Positions 41,502 to 50,977 are shown, counted from the first letter of the whole stretch. The stretch: 61,647 bases of DNA, filler included, from 8 parts of 8 records of this genome joined end to end with filler, not necessarily neighbours in it; one strand, 5' to 3'. Notes: generated by a model from the sequence alone, not told the origin. A program made the numbers and translations.

Positions 41502-41612
41502 TCACATGGACACAATCGCCCAGTGCAACAGTCGGCCAAGCACGGCAATAACCGTGGCAACGCCTGCCCACATCAGGATGGGCCAGCCGATTTTACGAAC
41601 GACCTGAGGCAT
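41502..41612 (-). CDS. 36-aa membrane peptide, DUF2474-like paralog
   Basis: MPQVVRKIGWPILMWAGVATVIAVLGRLLHWAIVSM; aligns with the peptide after cydB. Confidence 0.55.
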   Translation of the reverse strand: MPQVVRKIGWPILMWAGVATVIAVLGRLLHWAIVSM

Positions 41613-41907
41613 CAGAGACACCCTCTCATTTTCAAAATTTTTCATGGGGTAACCGTTGGGGAGATAACCGTTGGGAATGCGCTGAATAACCAAGGATTAG
41701 AGGCAATAATAAGGCAGCCTCGACGTCTGGAGTGTCTGCCTTCAGCGGCAATATAGATCGTAAGGAAACGGGTCTTCTTCTGGATTGAGAGCGCGTATTT
41801 ACTCAATGGGAAAGCGCGTCATAGAGTAAAACACCTTCACCCACAGATGAGGCAAGACAACACATTCTCCATGCTATCGTCCTCCATACATAAACTGGAG
41901 AATCGGC

Positions 41908-42672
41908 ATGCAAACTCACATTGAAACAGCGCGTTCCTACTATCGTGAAATGATGGCCCTGATTGTTCGGTCCGGATACCGCATTTCCATTGAAAACGAT
42001 ATGCGGCAGTGGAAACACATCATGCAAACCGGCCCGGCAACGGTTGGGGTATCCAGTATTTTCGACCCGGATAAAGCCGACTATGAGCCGGCGGATGCCT
42101 TCTGGCTCCGGGTTTCCAACGAACAGGCCGAAACAGTGGCGATCATCTGCGACCGCCTGGTACAGACTCCCGATTTCGTGAATTTTGTCGAGGAAACCGG
42201 CATGTTTGCGGCGCCCTATATCCGGCATCCTCTCGACGCCACTCTTTCCGGAAAAATCGGTCATGCAGGCGGGCTTTGGGTTCACCCGAACAGCCGCAAG
42301 ACCGGTCTGTCATGGGCTTTGCCGCGCCTCGTTCGTGCCCTGTCCGTGATTCACTGGGGAGTGGACCGCCATTGCGGCATCATCCTGACCGGCCTGGCCG
42401 ATGCCGGCTTCGGCAACCACATCTACGGCTTTCCACGCTCATGGCTTGCCTTATCGGGCGGCGATTTCCGGCCGACGGGCAAGGAGGAACGCCTCTTCGT
42501 CATCGATATCGACGCCGGTGAGATCGCCGGCCAGCAAACCTTCGAGCTCAAACGTATTATGGACGACGGCGCACAGAATCTGGTCGATGTCGCGGCCATT
42601 GGACGAAAGCGGCATGATCAGGCGGCGGTACGCGAACCACTCCCCGCCGACCGTCGCATGAACTTCGGATAG
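41908..42672 (+). CDS. Hypothetical protein, GNAT/acyltransferase-like
   Basis: GGAG RBS; GGLWVHPNSRKTGLS resembles GNAT acyl-CoA motif A. Confidence 0.65.
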   Translation: MQTHIETARSYYREMMALIVRSGYRISIENDMRQWKHIMQTGPATVGVSSIFDPDKADYEPADAFWLRVSNEQAETVAIICDRLVQTPDFVNFVEETGMFAAPYIRHPLDATLSGKIGHAGGLWVHPNSRKTGLSWALPRLVRALSVIHWGVDRHCGIILTGLADAGFGNHIYGFPRSWLALSGGDFRPTGKEERLFVIDIDAGEIAGQQTFELKRIMDDGAQNLVDVAAIGRKRHDQAAVREPLPADRRMNFG

Positions 42673-43071
42673 GCTTGCCCGCCCCCGGAAGGCGGCATCG
42701 GCATAAATTTCGGCGAGGCTGCTCCACAGCCTCGGGCCCAAATGGGGAACCAGCTCGCCGAAATATCTGGGCCGGTGTCCGCCATCCATCCTCGTCCCGA
42801 AGCCGATCTGCGTGAACTCGAACGTCGCCGGCTGGTCCGATGTATGCAGGATATGCATATAGGGCAGCACGTCCGGCGCGCGTCTCGAAATCTCATTGAA
42901 GGAAATGCCGGAAAGGCTCGGCCGCCCTGGATTCCCGGTTCGCGCCGACAGAGTGAATACCTCCGCAAGCTGATTATCCGTTCCCAGGCGAAAATCCAGA
43001 TTGTCATATGTCACGACCGCGGCCGGGACCTTTCCCTTGATAACCTCCAGACGCATTCCGTTTGAGATCAT
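42451..43071 (-). CDS. Stand-alone PAS-like protein (PAS_5/DUF1457-like)
   Basis: LPYMHIL, FEFTQIG and YRRLIMPLSSNG..I..IL pattern; ATGA coupling at 43068-43071. Confidence 0.65.
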   Translation of the reverse strand: MISNGMRLEVIKGKVPAAVVTYDNLDFRLGTDNQLAEVFTLSARTGNPGRPSLSGISFNEISRRAPDVLPYMHILHTSDQPATFEFTQIGFGTRMDGGHRPRYFGELVPHLGPRLWSSLAEIYADAAFRGRASLSEVHATVGGEWFAYRRLIMPLSSNGRDIDQILCAVVHNTFELEGLLAGDLTGVDIDDEEAFLLARRPEIAAR

Positions 43072-43511
43072 GTCACCACCGCAAGGCAAAGCCCCGCATT
43101 CCTGAGAAGAGGCAGGATTGTCACATCGCAAAGGCATCCCGCGCTCACAGTGTAGCGGCGGGCACCGTCTTCAGAAAAGCGCAGTTCGGTTTCAATGATC
43201 TTTGCAATCGCGCGGATCATCCCGGGATCAATGTCGCCCCCGTGGTCAAGGACCTGCACGTGATCGCCATCAAGCTGGAACAGCACGTGGGTGGGACCGG
43301 ATAATGCAGGATGCGTGGAGATCATCTGCAGAATACCGTCTCGATCCCCCTTCCGTGCCAGCTCGTAATAGACGGCAAGCGCATTCATAGCCGCCGGCGG
43401 AATCTCTTCGGAGAAATCCGTTTCGCGCCAGACTTCAAGGGGCAAGGAGTTTTCATCAGGCAGCAACGACCGCATCTCCCCGAACATCTGCATGCAGGTC
43501 ATGATATGCAT
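43068..43511 (-). CDS. Hypothetical protein, possibly degenerate PAS-like
   Basis: Stop overlaps the next start; ends VTILPL...CLAVV like the neighbouring PAS-like protein. Confidence 0.55.
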   Translation of the reverse strand: MHIMTCMQMFGEMRSLLPDENSLPLEVWRETDFSEEIPPAAMNALAVYYELARKGDRDGILQMISTHPALSGPTHVLFQLDGDHVQVLDHGGDIDPGMIRAIAKIIETELRFSEDGARRYTVSAGCLCDVTILPLLRNAGLCLAVVT

Positions 43512-43596
43512 CTATTGGGTACTGTATGGCGACTGGCAAGCATGAGTCCAGATCAACCCTTTCAGGGCCTCCGGAGTTGACCTCAAGACAGCGTGA

Positions 43597-43707
43597 TCAA
43601 TTAACGGCGAGTGCCCACCTGATAATGGCTCCGACAAGGGTAACGGTGAGAACGCCCGCCCCCCAAAGCGCAACAAACCAGATCAGCTTGCGGGCGGTTT
43701 GCGGCAT
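43597..43707 (-). CDS. DUF2474-like small membrane protein downstream of cydB
   Basis: MPQTARKLIWFVALWGAGVLTVTLVGAIIRWALAVN; TGATG overlap with the cydB stop. Confidence 0.75.
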   Translation of the reverse strand: MPQTARKLIWFVALWGAGVLTVTLVGAIIRWALAVN

Positions 43708-44711
43708 CAGTGATAGCCCTCGCCGGGGCGCACCTTGCCGCGGAAAACCCTGTAGGAATAAATCGTATAACCAAGGATCATCGGCAGCAGTACTGCCGTG
43801 CCGACGAGCAGGAACGAGAGGCTTTCATCGGGTGCCGCCGCCTGCCAGATCGTGATCGAAGGCGGCACCATGTAGGGATAAACGCTGACGCCGAGACCGA
43901 TGAAACAGAGCACGAAAAGCACCTGTGCGGACAGAAACGGCCGGTAGTCCGTCCGCTTTGCCAGCCCGAACGCGAGGCTGATCACGGCAAGTCCGGTCAG
44001 GACCGGAACCGGTGCCAGCCAAAGCAGCAAAGGCATTGAGAACCACCGCGTCATATAGGCCAGGTCGAGAAACGGGGTCCAGAGACTGACAAGCCCGACC
44101 ATCAGAACCGTCCCCGCCGCCGGTACCCGGGCCAGCCGGAAAGCCAGATCCTGGATCTCTCCTTCCGTCTTCATGATCAGCCAGGTCGCGCCGAGCAAGG
44201 CGTAGCCAAGCACCACGGCAACGCCGCACAGCAGGCTGAACGGTGTCAGCCAGTCCCACCAGCCACCAGCATAGGCACGGCCCGCAACGGGAATGCCCTG
44301 CAACAAAGCCCCCAGAATAATACCTTGCGAGAGCGCCGCCACGGTCGACCCCAGGGTAAAGGACCAGTCCCAGACCCGTTTCCAGCGTTCCGTCTTCCAC
44401 CGGTATTCAAAGGCAACACCGCGAAAGATCAACCCGACCAGCATGGCGATCACCGGCGCGTAGACCGCCGGCATGATCACCGAATAGGCCAGCGGGAAAA
44501 CCGCGAACAAGCCACCGCCACCGAGCACCAGCCAGGTTTCGTTGCCGTCCCATACCGGCGCAACGGTATTCATGGCCGTATCCCGATGCTCCTCTTCAGG
44601 CAGGAACGGAAACAGGATACCGATGCCAAGATCGAACCCGTCGAGCATGATATAGGCAAGCACCGAGACGGCGATCAGGATGGCCCAGACCAGGGCGAGA
44701 TCAATCGTCAT
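43707..44711 (-). CDS. cydB: Cytochrome bd ubiquinol oxidase subunit II
   Basis: LDGFDLG, PVWDGNETWLV and RGVAFEYR motifs. Confidence 0.97.
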   Translation of the reverse strand: MTIDLALVWAILIAVSVLAYIMLDGFDLGIGILFPFLPEEEHRDTAMNTVAPVWDGNETWLVLGGGGLFAVFPLAYSVIMPAVYAPVIAMLVGLIFRGVAFEYRWKTERWKRVWDWSFTLGSTVAALSQGIILGALLQGIPVAGRAYAGGWWDWLTPFSLLCGVAVVLGYALLGATWLIMKTEGEIQDLAFRLARVPAAGTVLMVGLVSLWTPFLDLAYMTRWFSMPLLLWLAPVPVLTGLAVISLAFGLAKRTDYRPFLSAQVLFVLCFIGLGVSVYPYMVPPSITIWQAAAPDESLSFLLVGTAVLLPMILGYTIYSYRVFRGKVRPGEGYH

Positions 44712-46120
44712 TGCCTGTCCCCCTCTGCGGCAGGCTTCGCACCACCTGCCCCGTGCCCCATACCGGCCGCCAGCACAGGTTCCGTTTCGGACAATCCGCT
44801 TTCACGGCTGGTCGGCTCATGCGACATCAGCCTCAGCAGGTAGAAGACCCCGGCCCCGAACACGAAAAAATAGACGACAGCAAAGACCGCAAGCGAAATG
44901 GCCACCGCCGGAGCATCCAGCGGAGAGGCTGAGTCGACAGTCCGCAATAGCCCATAGACCGTATAAGGCTGGCGTCCCATCTCGGTTGTGATCCAGCCGG
45001 CAAGCACGGCGACGAAACCGGAAGGCCCCATGAGAATAGCGACACGGTGCACCCAGCCCGGCTCGTAAAGCCGTTTTCGGTAACGCAGCCAAAGCGACCA
45101 GAAGCCGAGCCCTACCATGAGGAAACCGAGCCCCACCATGACCCGGAAGGACCAGAAGATGATTGTGGCGTTTGGCCGGTCCTCTGGAGGCCAGGCTTTC
45201 AGGCCCTTCACTTCCCCGTCCGGGTCGTGTGTCAGGATGAGGCTGCCGAGTTTCGGAACTTCCAAGGCATAGCGCGTTTCCTCTGCTTCCATGTCCGGCA
45301 GCCCGAACAGGATCAGAGGCGCTCCCCTCTGTGTCTCGAAATGCCCTTCCATCGCCGCGACCTTTGCCGGCTGGTGCTCCAGCGTGTTCAGGCCATGCAT
45401 GTCGCCAGCAACGATCTGAACCGGCGCGACGATCGCTGCCATCCACATCGCCATGGAGAACATCACCCGGGCGCCTTTGTTGCCGCTGTCCCTCAGCAGA
45501 TGCCAGGCGCCGACCGCGCCAACCACGAGGGCGGTAGTGAGATAGGCCGCCAGCACCATGTGAACCAGACGGTACGGGAAGGACGGGTTGAAAACGATGG
45601 CCCACCAGTCTTCCGGCACGAACTGACCGGCCTCGTTGATCCCATAGCCCGCCGGTGTCTGCATCCAGCTGTTCACGCTCAGGATCCAGAAGGCGGAGAA
45701 GAAGGTCCCGGCCGCGACCAGCAGCGTAGCCATGAAATGCAACCGCTTGCCGACCTTCTCCAAGCCGAACAGCATGACCCCGAGGAACCCGGCCTCGAGG
45801 AAGAAGGCGGACAAAACCTCGTATCCCATCAGAGGCCCAAGGATCGGACCGGTCTTATCGGAAAAAACACTCCAGTTCGTCCCGAACTCGTAACTCATGA
45901 CGATGCCGGAGACGACGCCCATCCCGAAGGCGACCGCGAAGATCTTCAGCCAGTATTGGAACGTGTCGAGATAAACCTGCCGACCGGTTGCCAGCCACAG
46001 CGCTTCCAGTACCGCGAGATAGGAGGCGAGACCAATCGAGAAAGCCGGGAACACGATATGGAAGGAGATCGTGAAGGCGAATTGTATTCTCGCCAGATCG
46101 ACAGCCAACGGCATATCCAT
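44708..46120 (-). CDS. cydA: Cytochrome bd ubiquinol oxidase subunit I (short Q-loop, CioA-like)
   Basis: FHIVFP, FFLEAGF, QPAKVAAMEG and EMGRQP motifs. Confidence 0.97.
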   Translation of the reverse strand: MDMPLAVDLARIQFAFTISFHIVFPAFSIGLASYLAVLEALWLATGRQVYLDTFQYWLKIFAVAFGMGVVSGIVMSYEFGTNWSVFSDKTGPILGPLMGYEVLSAFFLEAGFLGVMLFGLEKVGKRLHFMATLLVAAGTFFSAFWILSVNSWMQTPAGYGINEAGQFVPEDWWAIVFNPSFPYRLVHMVLAAYLTTALVVGAVGAWHLLRDSGNKGARVMFSMAMWMAAIVAPVQIVAGDMHGLNTLEHQPAKVAAMEGHFETQRGAPLILFGLPDMEAEETRYALEVPKLGSLILTHDPDGEVKGLKAWPPEDRPNATIIFWSFRVMVGLGFLMVGLGFWSLWLRYRKRLYEPGWVHRVAILMGPSGFVAVLAGWITTEMGRQPYTVYGLLRTVDSASPLDAPAVAISLAVFAVVYFFVFGAGVFYLLRLMSHEPTSRESGLSETEPVLAAGMGHGAGGAKPAAEGDRQ

Positions 46121-46221
46121 AGTCCTGTGCTCCGAGTGCGGTGCCCGTTACATACCTAGCACACGAACGGCTTGGCATGATGATTGTTCCGGTAAATAGG
46201 CGCACGGCAACACAAAATCGA

Positions 46222-46248
46222 TGTGACAAATGGCGCGCATCTGTCACA
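46222..46248. promoter_or_regulatory. Inverted repeat upstream of cydA
   Basis: TGTGACA-N13-TGTCACA; regulator unknown. Confidence 0.3.
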
Positions 46249-46278
46249 GAAAGTCGTCTTGGGAGCAGTGAGACGCTC

Positions 46279-46881
46279 CTAGAGGCCGATCACTTCACCT
46301 TCGCGGAGAACCGCCGGATCGTAGGCTTTACGGGCGAAAACCTGCCGCACCATCGGCTCGAAATGATCAAGCGGCCGCGACGAATAATCCGGATTGAACG
46401 AGGCCTGATCCCAGCGTTCACAAAAGGCAGAGCAAGTCTCGAAACAGGGATGGTCCCGGAAGCGCTCGCGGGCGTTCCGATCCCAATTATAGTGATGTGC
46501 GTAATACAGCATCTGGAAGATGCCGTGATGCTCCACCGTCCAGGCGACTTCCCAGCGCACGAATGGCCTGATCACCTCTGCCGAGAACCGGTCATGGTTC
46601 TGCGGCGCAAGCCCGTCCCCGATATCATGCAACAGCGCGCCGACGATCCAGTCGATATCCGCCCCATCGGCCTCAGCCCGGGAGGCGGATTGCAGACCGT
46701 GTTCGAGACGGGTGATGCGGTAGCCCGGCAGCGTTACCTCGCCGTGCCGTTTCAACTCGTCAAGCACCCGGTCGGCGGTCATGGCGAGATAGGGCTTCTC
46801 CAGTTCATGCAGAAGCTCGTATTCGGCTTTGGTGCCGTCCTTCATCTGTGTGAAGGAAACCGTCTTTTCCTGCTGGCTCAT
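46279..46881 (-). CDS. HD-domain protein (PhnZ/TmpB-related diiron oxygenase-like)
   Basis: LEHGLQSA, LLHDIGD, NH, EHH and RWD metal-ligand pattern. Confidence 0.85.
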   Translation of the reverse strand: MSQQEKTVSFTQMKDGTKAEYELLHELEKPYLAMTADRVLDELKRHGEVTLPGYRITRLEHGLQSASRAEADGADIDWIVGALLHDIGDGLAPQNHDRFSAEVIRPFVRWEVAWTVEHHGIFQMLYYAHHYNWDRNARERFRDHPCFETCSAFCERWDQASFNPDYSSRPLDHFEPMVRQVFARKAYDPAVLREGEVIGL

Positions 46882-47753
46882 GCCCCCATTGCTCCCGCCG
46901 TTGCGTACATGGCGACATTACCGGTCGCCCCCGCAGCCAGCGCCGCTTTCTGATCGGCAAGAACCTTATCATAAAGCGCCAGGTCTTCGGCGGCAAAAAG
47001 CCCCCGTGGCCCGGCGACATTGAGCCAGCCCCGGGCACTGTCGCAGCCTCGCACCAGCATGGCATAGTCCCGGCCCGGTGCTTCATCGCGAACTTCGGGC
47101 GTCACGTAGCGGATCGCAAGGCCAATGCGCCGGTCAGCCGACCTGTTCGGACCCGATGCGTGAAAACAGCGGCCATGATGCAGGGACATCTCTCCCGGCC
47201 GCAGGGGACCATGGACCGCTCTCTCCTCCTCCACGCCGGCAATCTGCTGGCCCCGCGAAAGCAAATTCTCATCGCCCCAGGTGTCTTCGTGATCAACGAT
47301 GGCGTTCTTATGACTGCCCGGAATGAATCGCATGCATCCAGCCTCGACGGACACGTCGCTAAGCGCGATCCAGGCGGTGGTCTCGCCGTCAGTCTCTCCC
47401 ATCCCCCAATATGTCAGATCCTGATGCCAGGAGACGGTCTTGTTCGAGCCTGGCTCCTTGATGAAAAGCTCGACCGACCAAGCGAGCAGGTTTGGTCCCA
47501 GTATCGCTTCGACTGCATTCAAAATTTCCGGCCTGCGCGCAAGATCGGCGAGCAGAGGAATGACCAGATGACCATTCACCCGGAAGAACTGGTTGAGATC
47601 ATGATTCCCCGAGCCATCTTTTCTCTCCCGTTCCAGGGCCTCAATTTCGGCACGGATCGCGGCAACTGTTTCGTTGTCGAAGACAGGAATGCCTGCGAAA
47701 TACCCATCGCGATGGTACTGCTCTACCTGCTCGTCCGTAGTGCATCGGCTCAT
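46878..47753 (-). CDS. PhyH-family Fe(II)/2-oxoglutarate dioxygenase
   Basis: WHQD, HHGRCFHASGPN and RRIG motifs; AGGAGG RBS. Confidence 0.92.
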   Translation of the reverse strand: MSRCTTDEQVEQYHRDGYFAGIPVFDNETVAAIRAEIEALERERKDGSGNHDLNQFFRVNGHLVIPLLADLARRPEILNAVEAILGPNLLAWSVELFIKEPGSNKTVSWHQDLTYWGMGETDGETTAWIALSDVSVEAGCMRFIPGSHKNAIVDHEDTWGDENLLSRGQQIAGVEEERAVHGPLRPGEMSLHHGRCFHASGPNRSADRRIGLAIRYVTPEVRDEAPGRDYAMLVRGCDSARGWLNVAGPRGLFAAEDLALYDKVLADQKAALAAGATGNVAMYATAGAMGA

Positions 47754-47853
47754 GAAAACCTCCTGATTTAATGAGATCAGCCTAGCAAGCGGCGACGGCA
47801 TGGCAGAGCAATGGTTCTTGCCCCATAGGCTAAGTTTTACTTAACATGAGCGC

Positions 47854-48822
47854 ATGCCACCCCGCCGTATTCCCTCTCTGAACTGGATCCGCGTTTTCGA
47901 TGTCGCTGCGCGGATGGAAAACTTCACCCGCGCGGCCGAGGTGCTGAATATCAGCGCCGCCGCGGTGAGCCAGCAGATCCTCGCGCTGGAAACCCATCTC
48001 GGCGAAACGTTGTTTGAAAGGCGGCCTCAGCGGGTGGTTCTGACCGAGAAGGGCCGGGCTTTCATGCTCGTCGTCCAGCAATCCCTCGCTGCGATAGACA
48101 CCACCGCAAGCGCTCTGTTCGGTAACCGCGATCGTCAGATCGTTAACCTGCAGGCCGTCACTATTCTCGCCATGGGGTGGCTTCCGGAAAAACTGTGTGA
48201 CTTCGAGGCCGCCAACCCGGGGATCCGAGTCAATCTAACAACCGGGAACATTGTGTCGGACTTCCGCACGACATCGCCTGACGGACAACCGGATTTACAA
48301 ATAGCCTTCGGCTCGGCGATCAATTTTCCCGACACAGCGATCCGGTTCCTGGACGAGACGTTATCTGTGGTCGGCACCGCCGAACTTGTTTCCTCGATAT
48401 CCACATTGGAAGACCTCAGGAGCAAGCGCCTGATCGAGGTTGCCCCCCATCGATCTGGCTGGCATCAGATCCTCGCCGGTGTCGAGGGGATCGATATCGG
48501 AGAAATGGATCTCAGCTTCGTCGATACGACCCCGCTCGCCCTTATGATGGCCCATGCGGGAGGTGGGCTGGCCTTAGCGCGCGTGCCCGCCTGCCAAGAC
48601 ATGGTCGATGCGCTGCACCTACAAACGGTCACCCTTTTGTCCCCGGTAAAGGGCCAGCAATCCTATTTCATCTTCTGGCCCGACGGCCGACCACTCTCCC
48701 GTCCAGCGCGGCTGCTTGTCGATTGGCTCACCAGTCAAACGGCAGAGCGATTGAACGCCGATTATCTGGGGGAAGAATACAGAAAGGCCCCGGCGCATAA
48801 TTCGTCGGAGCCTTTTTGCTAA
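47854..48822 (+). CDS. LysR-family regulator (GcvA-like)
   Basis: PSLNWIRVFDVAAR..NFTRAAEVL..S.AAVSQQI. Confidence 0.93.
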   Translation: MPPRRIPSLNWIRVFDVAARMENFTRAAEVLNISAAAVSQQILALETHLGETLFERRPQRVVLTEKGRAFMLVVQQSLAAIDTTASALFGNRDRQIVNLQAVTILAMGWLPEKLCDFEAANPGIRVNLTTGNIVSDFRTTSPDGQPDLQIAFGSAINFPDTAIRFLDETLSVVGTAELVSSISTLEDLRSKRLIEVAPHRSGWHQILAGVEGIDIGEMDLSFVDTTPLALMMAHAGGGLALARVPACQDMVDALHLQTVTLLSPVKGQQSYFIFWPDGRPLSRPARLLVDWLTSQTAERLNADYLGEEYRKAPAHNSSEPFC

Positions 48823-48839
48823 ATCTGATGCGCGGCTGA

Positions 48840-50939
48840 TCAGGCTTCCGCCTGCAGCACCTCCGCAGCCTTGTTTCGCCGCATGGCGATGATCTGCTGC
48901 AACAGTACCGGAGCCGCAAAAGCAGCAGCATAGATGTCGCTGCTCACTCCCGGCGCCACCAAAAGAATTCCCCCTAGCGCCATTGCGGCACGGGCAATCC
49001 CGGGCATCGGCGCCAGGAAATACGCCGCGACGGAGGTTGCCAGCATGAAAACACCAACCGCGCAGGTGATCGAGGTCACCAGAAACGCCTCCAGGGTGAA
49101 GTGCGTGTCGATCACGATCAGCATCGCCGGCGAATAGACGAACACCATCGGCACCAGCAGCTTGGCAATGCCAAGCGTGAAGGCCGAAACACCGGTCCGG
49201 AACGGGTTCGCCCCCGCGATCCCCGCCGCGGCATAGGCCGATGCGCAGACAGGCGGGGTGATTTCGGAAATGACGCCGTAATAGAGCACGAACAGGTGCG
49301 ATGCGAGCGGCGGCACACCGAGATTTCCGAGTGCCGGCTGGGCGACCGTGGCGAGCATGATGTAGAGCGCCGTGGTCGGCAGGCCCGCCCCCATCAGGAT
49401 GCAGGTGATGGCAATCAGAATGAGGGAGAGCAGCAGGGTCACGCCGTCCGTGGTGAAGGTAGCGAGCGGGAACCAGCCGATCAGAGGCATGATTCCTTCG
49501 GCGATCTCCCGTGCGCTGTTTGCAACCATGAAACCGAGCCGGAAGCCGAGCCCCGTCGAATTCACCACGCCGACGATGATCCCGATGGCGGCGCAGACAG
49601 CACCGACAGCGAGCGCGTATTTCACACCCAGCACCGCCGCATCGAAAATGTCCCGGAAGCCGATCCGGTGCATCGGGTTGAGCAGCCCCACGGCAAGGGC
49701 CGTGCTAATCCCCCAGAAAGCCGCCATGTTCGGCGAGAATCCGCTGAACAGCACATAGATCAGAACAGCGAGCGGCAGCACCGTCGGCCAGCCGCGGCGC
49801 AGAACACGCCAGAGATTCGGGATTTCCTCAGCCGGCATTCCCTTGAGGCCAAGACGCTTGGCCTGGAAATGCACGATCGAGAGCACGCCGATATAATGCA
49901 TCATCGCCGGCACGATCGCCGCCACGACGATGGTTGTGTAAGGCACCTCCAGAAACTCGGCCATGACGAAGGCCGCAGCCCCCATGATCGGCGGCGTGAT
50001 CTGGCCGCCGGCACTGGAGGCGGCTTCAACACCACCGGCCAGATGGCCCGGATAGCCCATCCGCTTCATGTTCGGGATTGTCAGCGAGCCGGTCGAGACC
50101 GTGTTCGCGATGGAAGAGCCGGAGATGGTGCCGAAGAAGGCCGAGGACACGACACTGACCTTGGCGAGCCCGCCTGTGTAACGCCCCGCCATCACGGCGG
50201 CGATATCGACGAAGAACTGCCCGAGCCCCATACGCTGGGCGAGCACGCCGAACAGCACGAAATGGAACACGACGGTCGATACGATCCACAAAGTCACGCC
50301 GAAGATACCCTCGGCCGGGAAATACATGTTGTTGATGTACTGGGCCCAGGAAATGCCGGGATGCATCAATATCTGCAACGGCATGTACTGACCGAAGATG
50401 GCGTAGCAGGTGAAGATGCCGATGATGATCGGAACCACCATGCCGAGCGTCCGGCGCACAGCCTCAAGCAGCACGATGATCAGTGCCGTGCCGAAGACAA
50501 TGTCGATATCCGCCGGGTCTCCCTGGCGCATGACCTGTTCGACAAGGTGCAGTTTCATGCCGAAAATGTCGATATCCACGCCATACCAGGTCACGCCGAT
50601 ATAGAGCGAACAGGCAACACCGACGATGATGAAAAGCCAGTCCCAGAGCGGCACATTACCCGGCAGCCACCAGGCCGATGACTGCACATTCATCAGGCGG
50701 TCGGATTTAATGATCGGATAGCAGATGAAAACCAGCAGGATGACCCCGGACATATGGAATCCCATGTGCCAGTAGTCGATCGGCGTGCCGAACCCTGCCG
50801 TGAAGTAATGGTAGCCTGCGAAAAAAACTGAAAAAAGATAGATGAACCATTCCATGAGCGGCGTTTGCGCCCGCGTCTGGAGACCGGAATCATATTTCCG
50901 TTCAAGCTCTTCGGCGGTTTTGACGTCGAATTCGGCCAT
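48840..50939 (-). CDS. TRAP transporter fused 4TM/12TM permease
   Basis: GGQITPPIMGAAAF, GLPTTALY and ITPPV motifs. Confidence 0.95.
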   Translation of the reverse strand: MAEFDVKTAEELERKYDSGLQTRAQTPLMEWFIYLFSVFFAGYHYFTAGFGTPIDYWHMGFHMSGVILLVFICYPIIKSDRLMNVQSSAWWLPGNVPLWDWLFIIVGVACSLYIGVTWYGVDIDIFGMKLHLVEQVMRQGDPADIDIVFGTALIIVLLEAVRRTLGMVVPIIIGIFTCYAIFGQYMPLQILMHPGISWAQYINNMYFPAEGIFGVTLWIVSTVVFHFVLFGVLAQRMGLGQFFVDIAAVMAGRYTGGLAKVSVVSSAFFGTISGSSIANTVSTGSLTIPNMKRMGYPGHLAGGVEAASSAGGQITPPIMGAAAFVMAEFLEVPYTTIVVAAIVPAMMHYIGVLSIVHFQAKRLGLKGMPAEEIPNLWRVLRRGWPTVLPLAVLIYVLFSGFSPNMAAFWGISTALAVGLLNPMHRIGFRDIFDAAVLGVKYALAVGAVCAAIGIIVGVVNSTGLGFRLGFMVANSAREIAEGIMPLIGWFPLATFTTDGVTLLLSLILIAITCILMGAGLPTTALYIMLATVAQPALGNLGVPPLASHLFVLYYGVISEITPPVCASAYAAAGIAGANPFRTGVSAFTLGIAKLLVPMVFVYSPAMLIVIDTHFTLEAFLVTSITCAVGVFMLATSVAAYFLAPMPGIARAAMALGGILLVAPGVSSDIYAAAFAAPVLLQQIIAMRRNKAAEVLQAEA

Positions 50940-50977
50940 GCTCTGTCCGGACTTTCAAATGTACTGATAAAAGGCAC

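Noticed and set aside
49101-50681. Long antisense or alternative-frame ORFs (also 1203-2579, 39783-41045, 52873-54942, 57200-58855)
   Set aside because: Shadow ORFs of well-supported genes in GC-rich sequence, with no motifs
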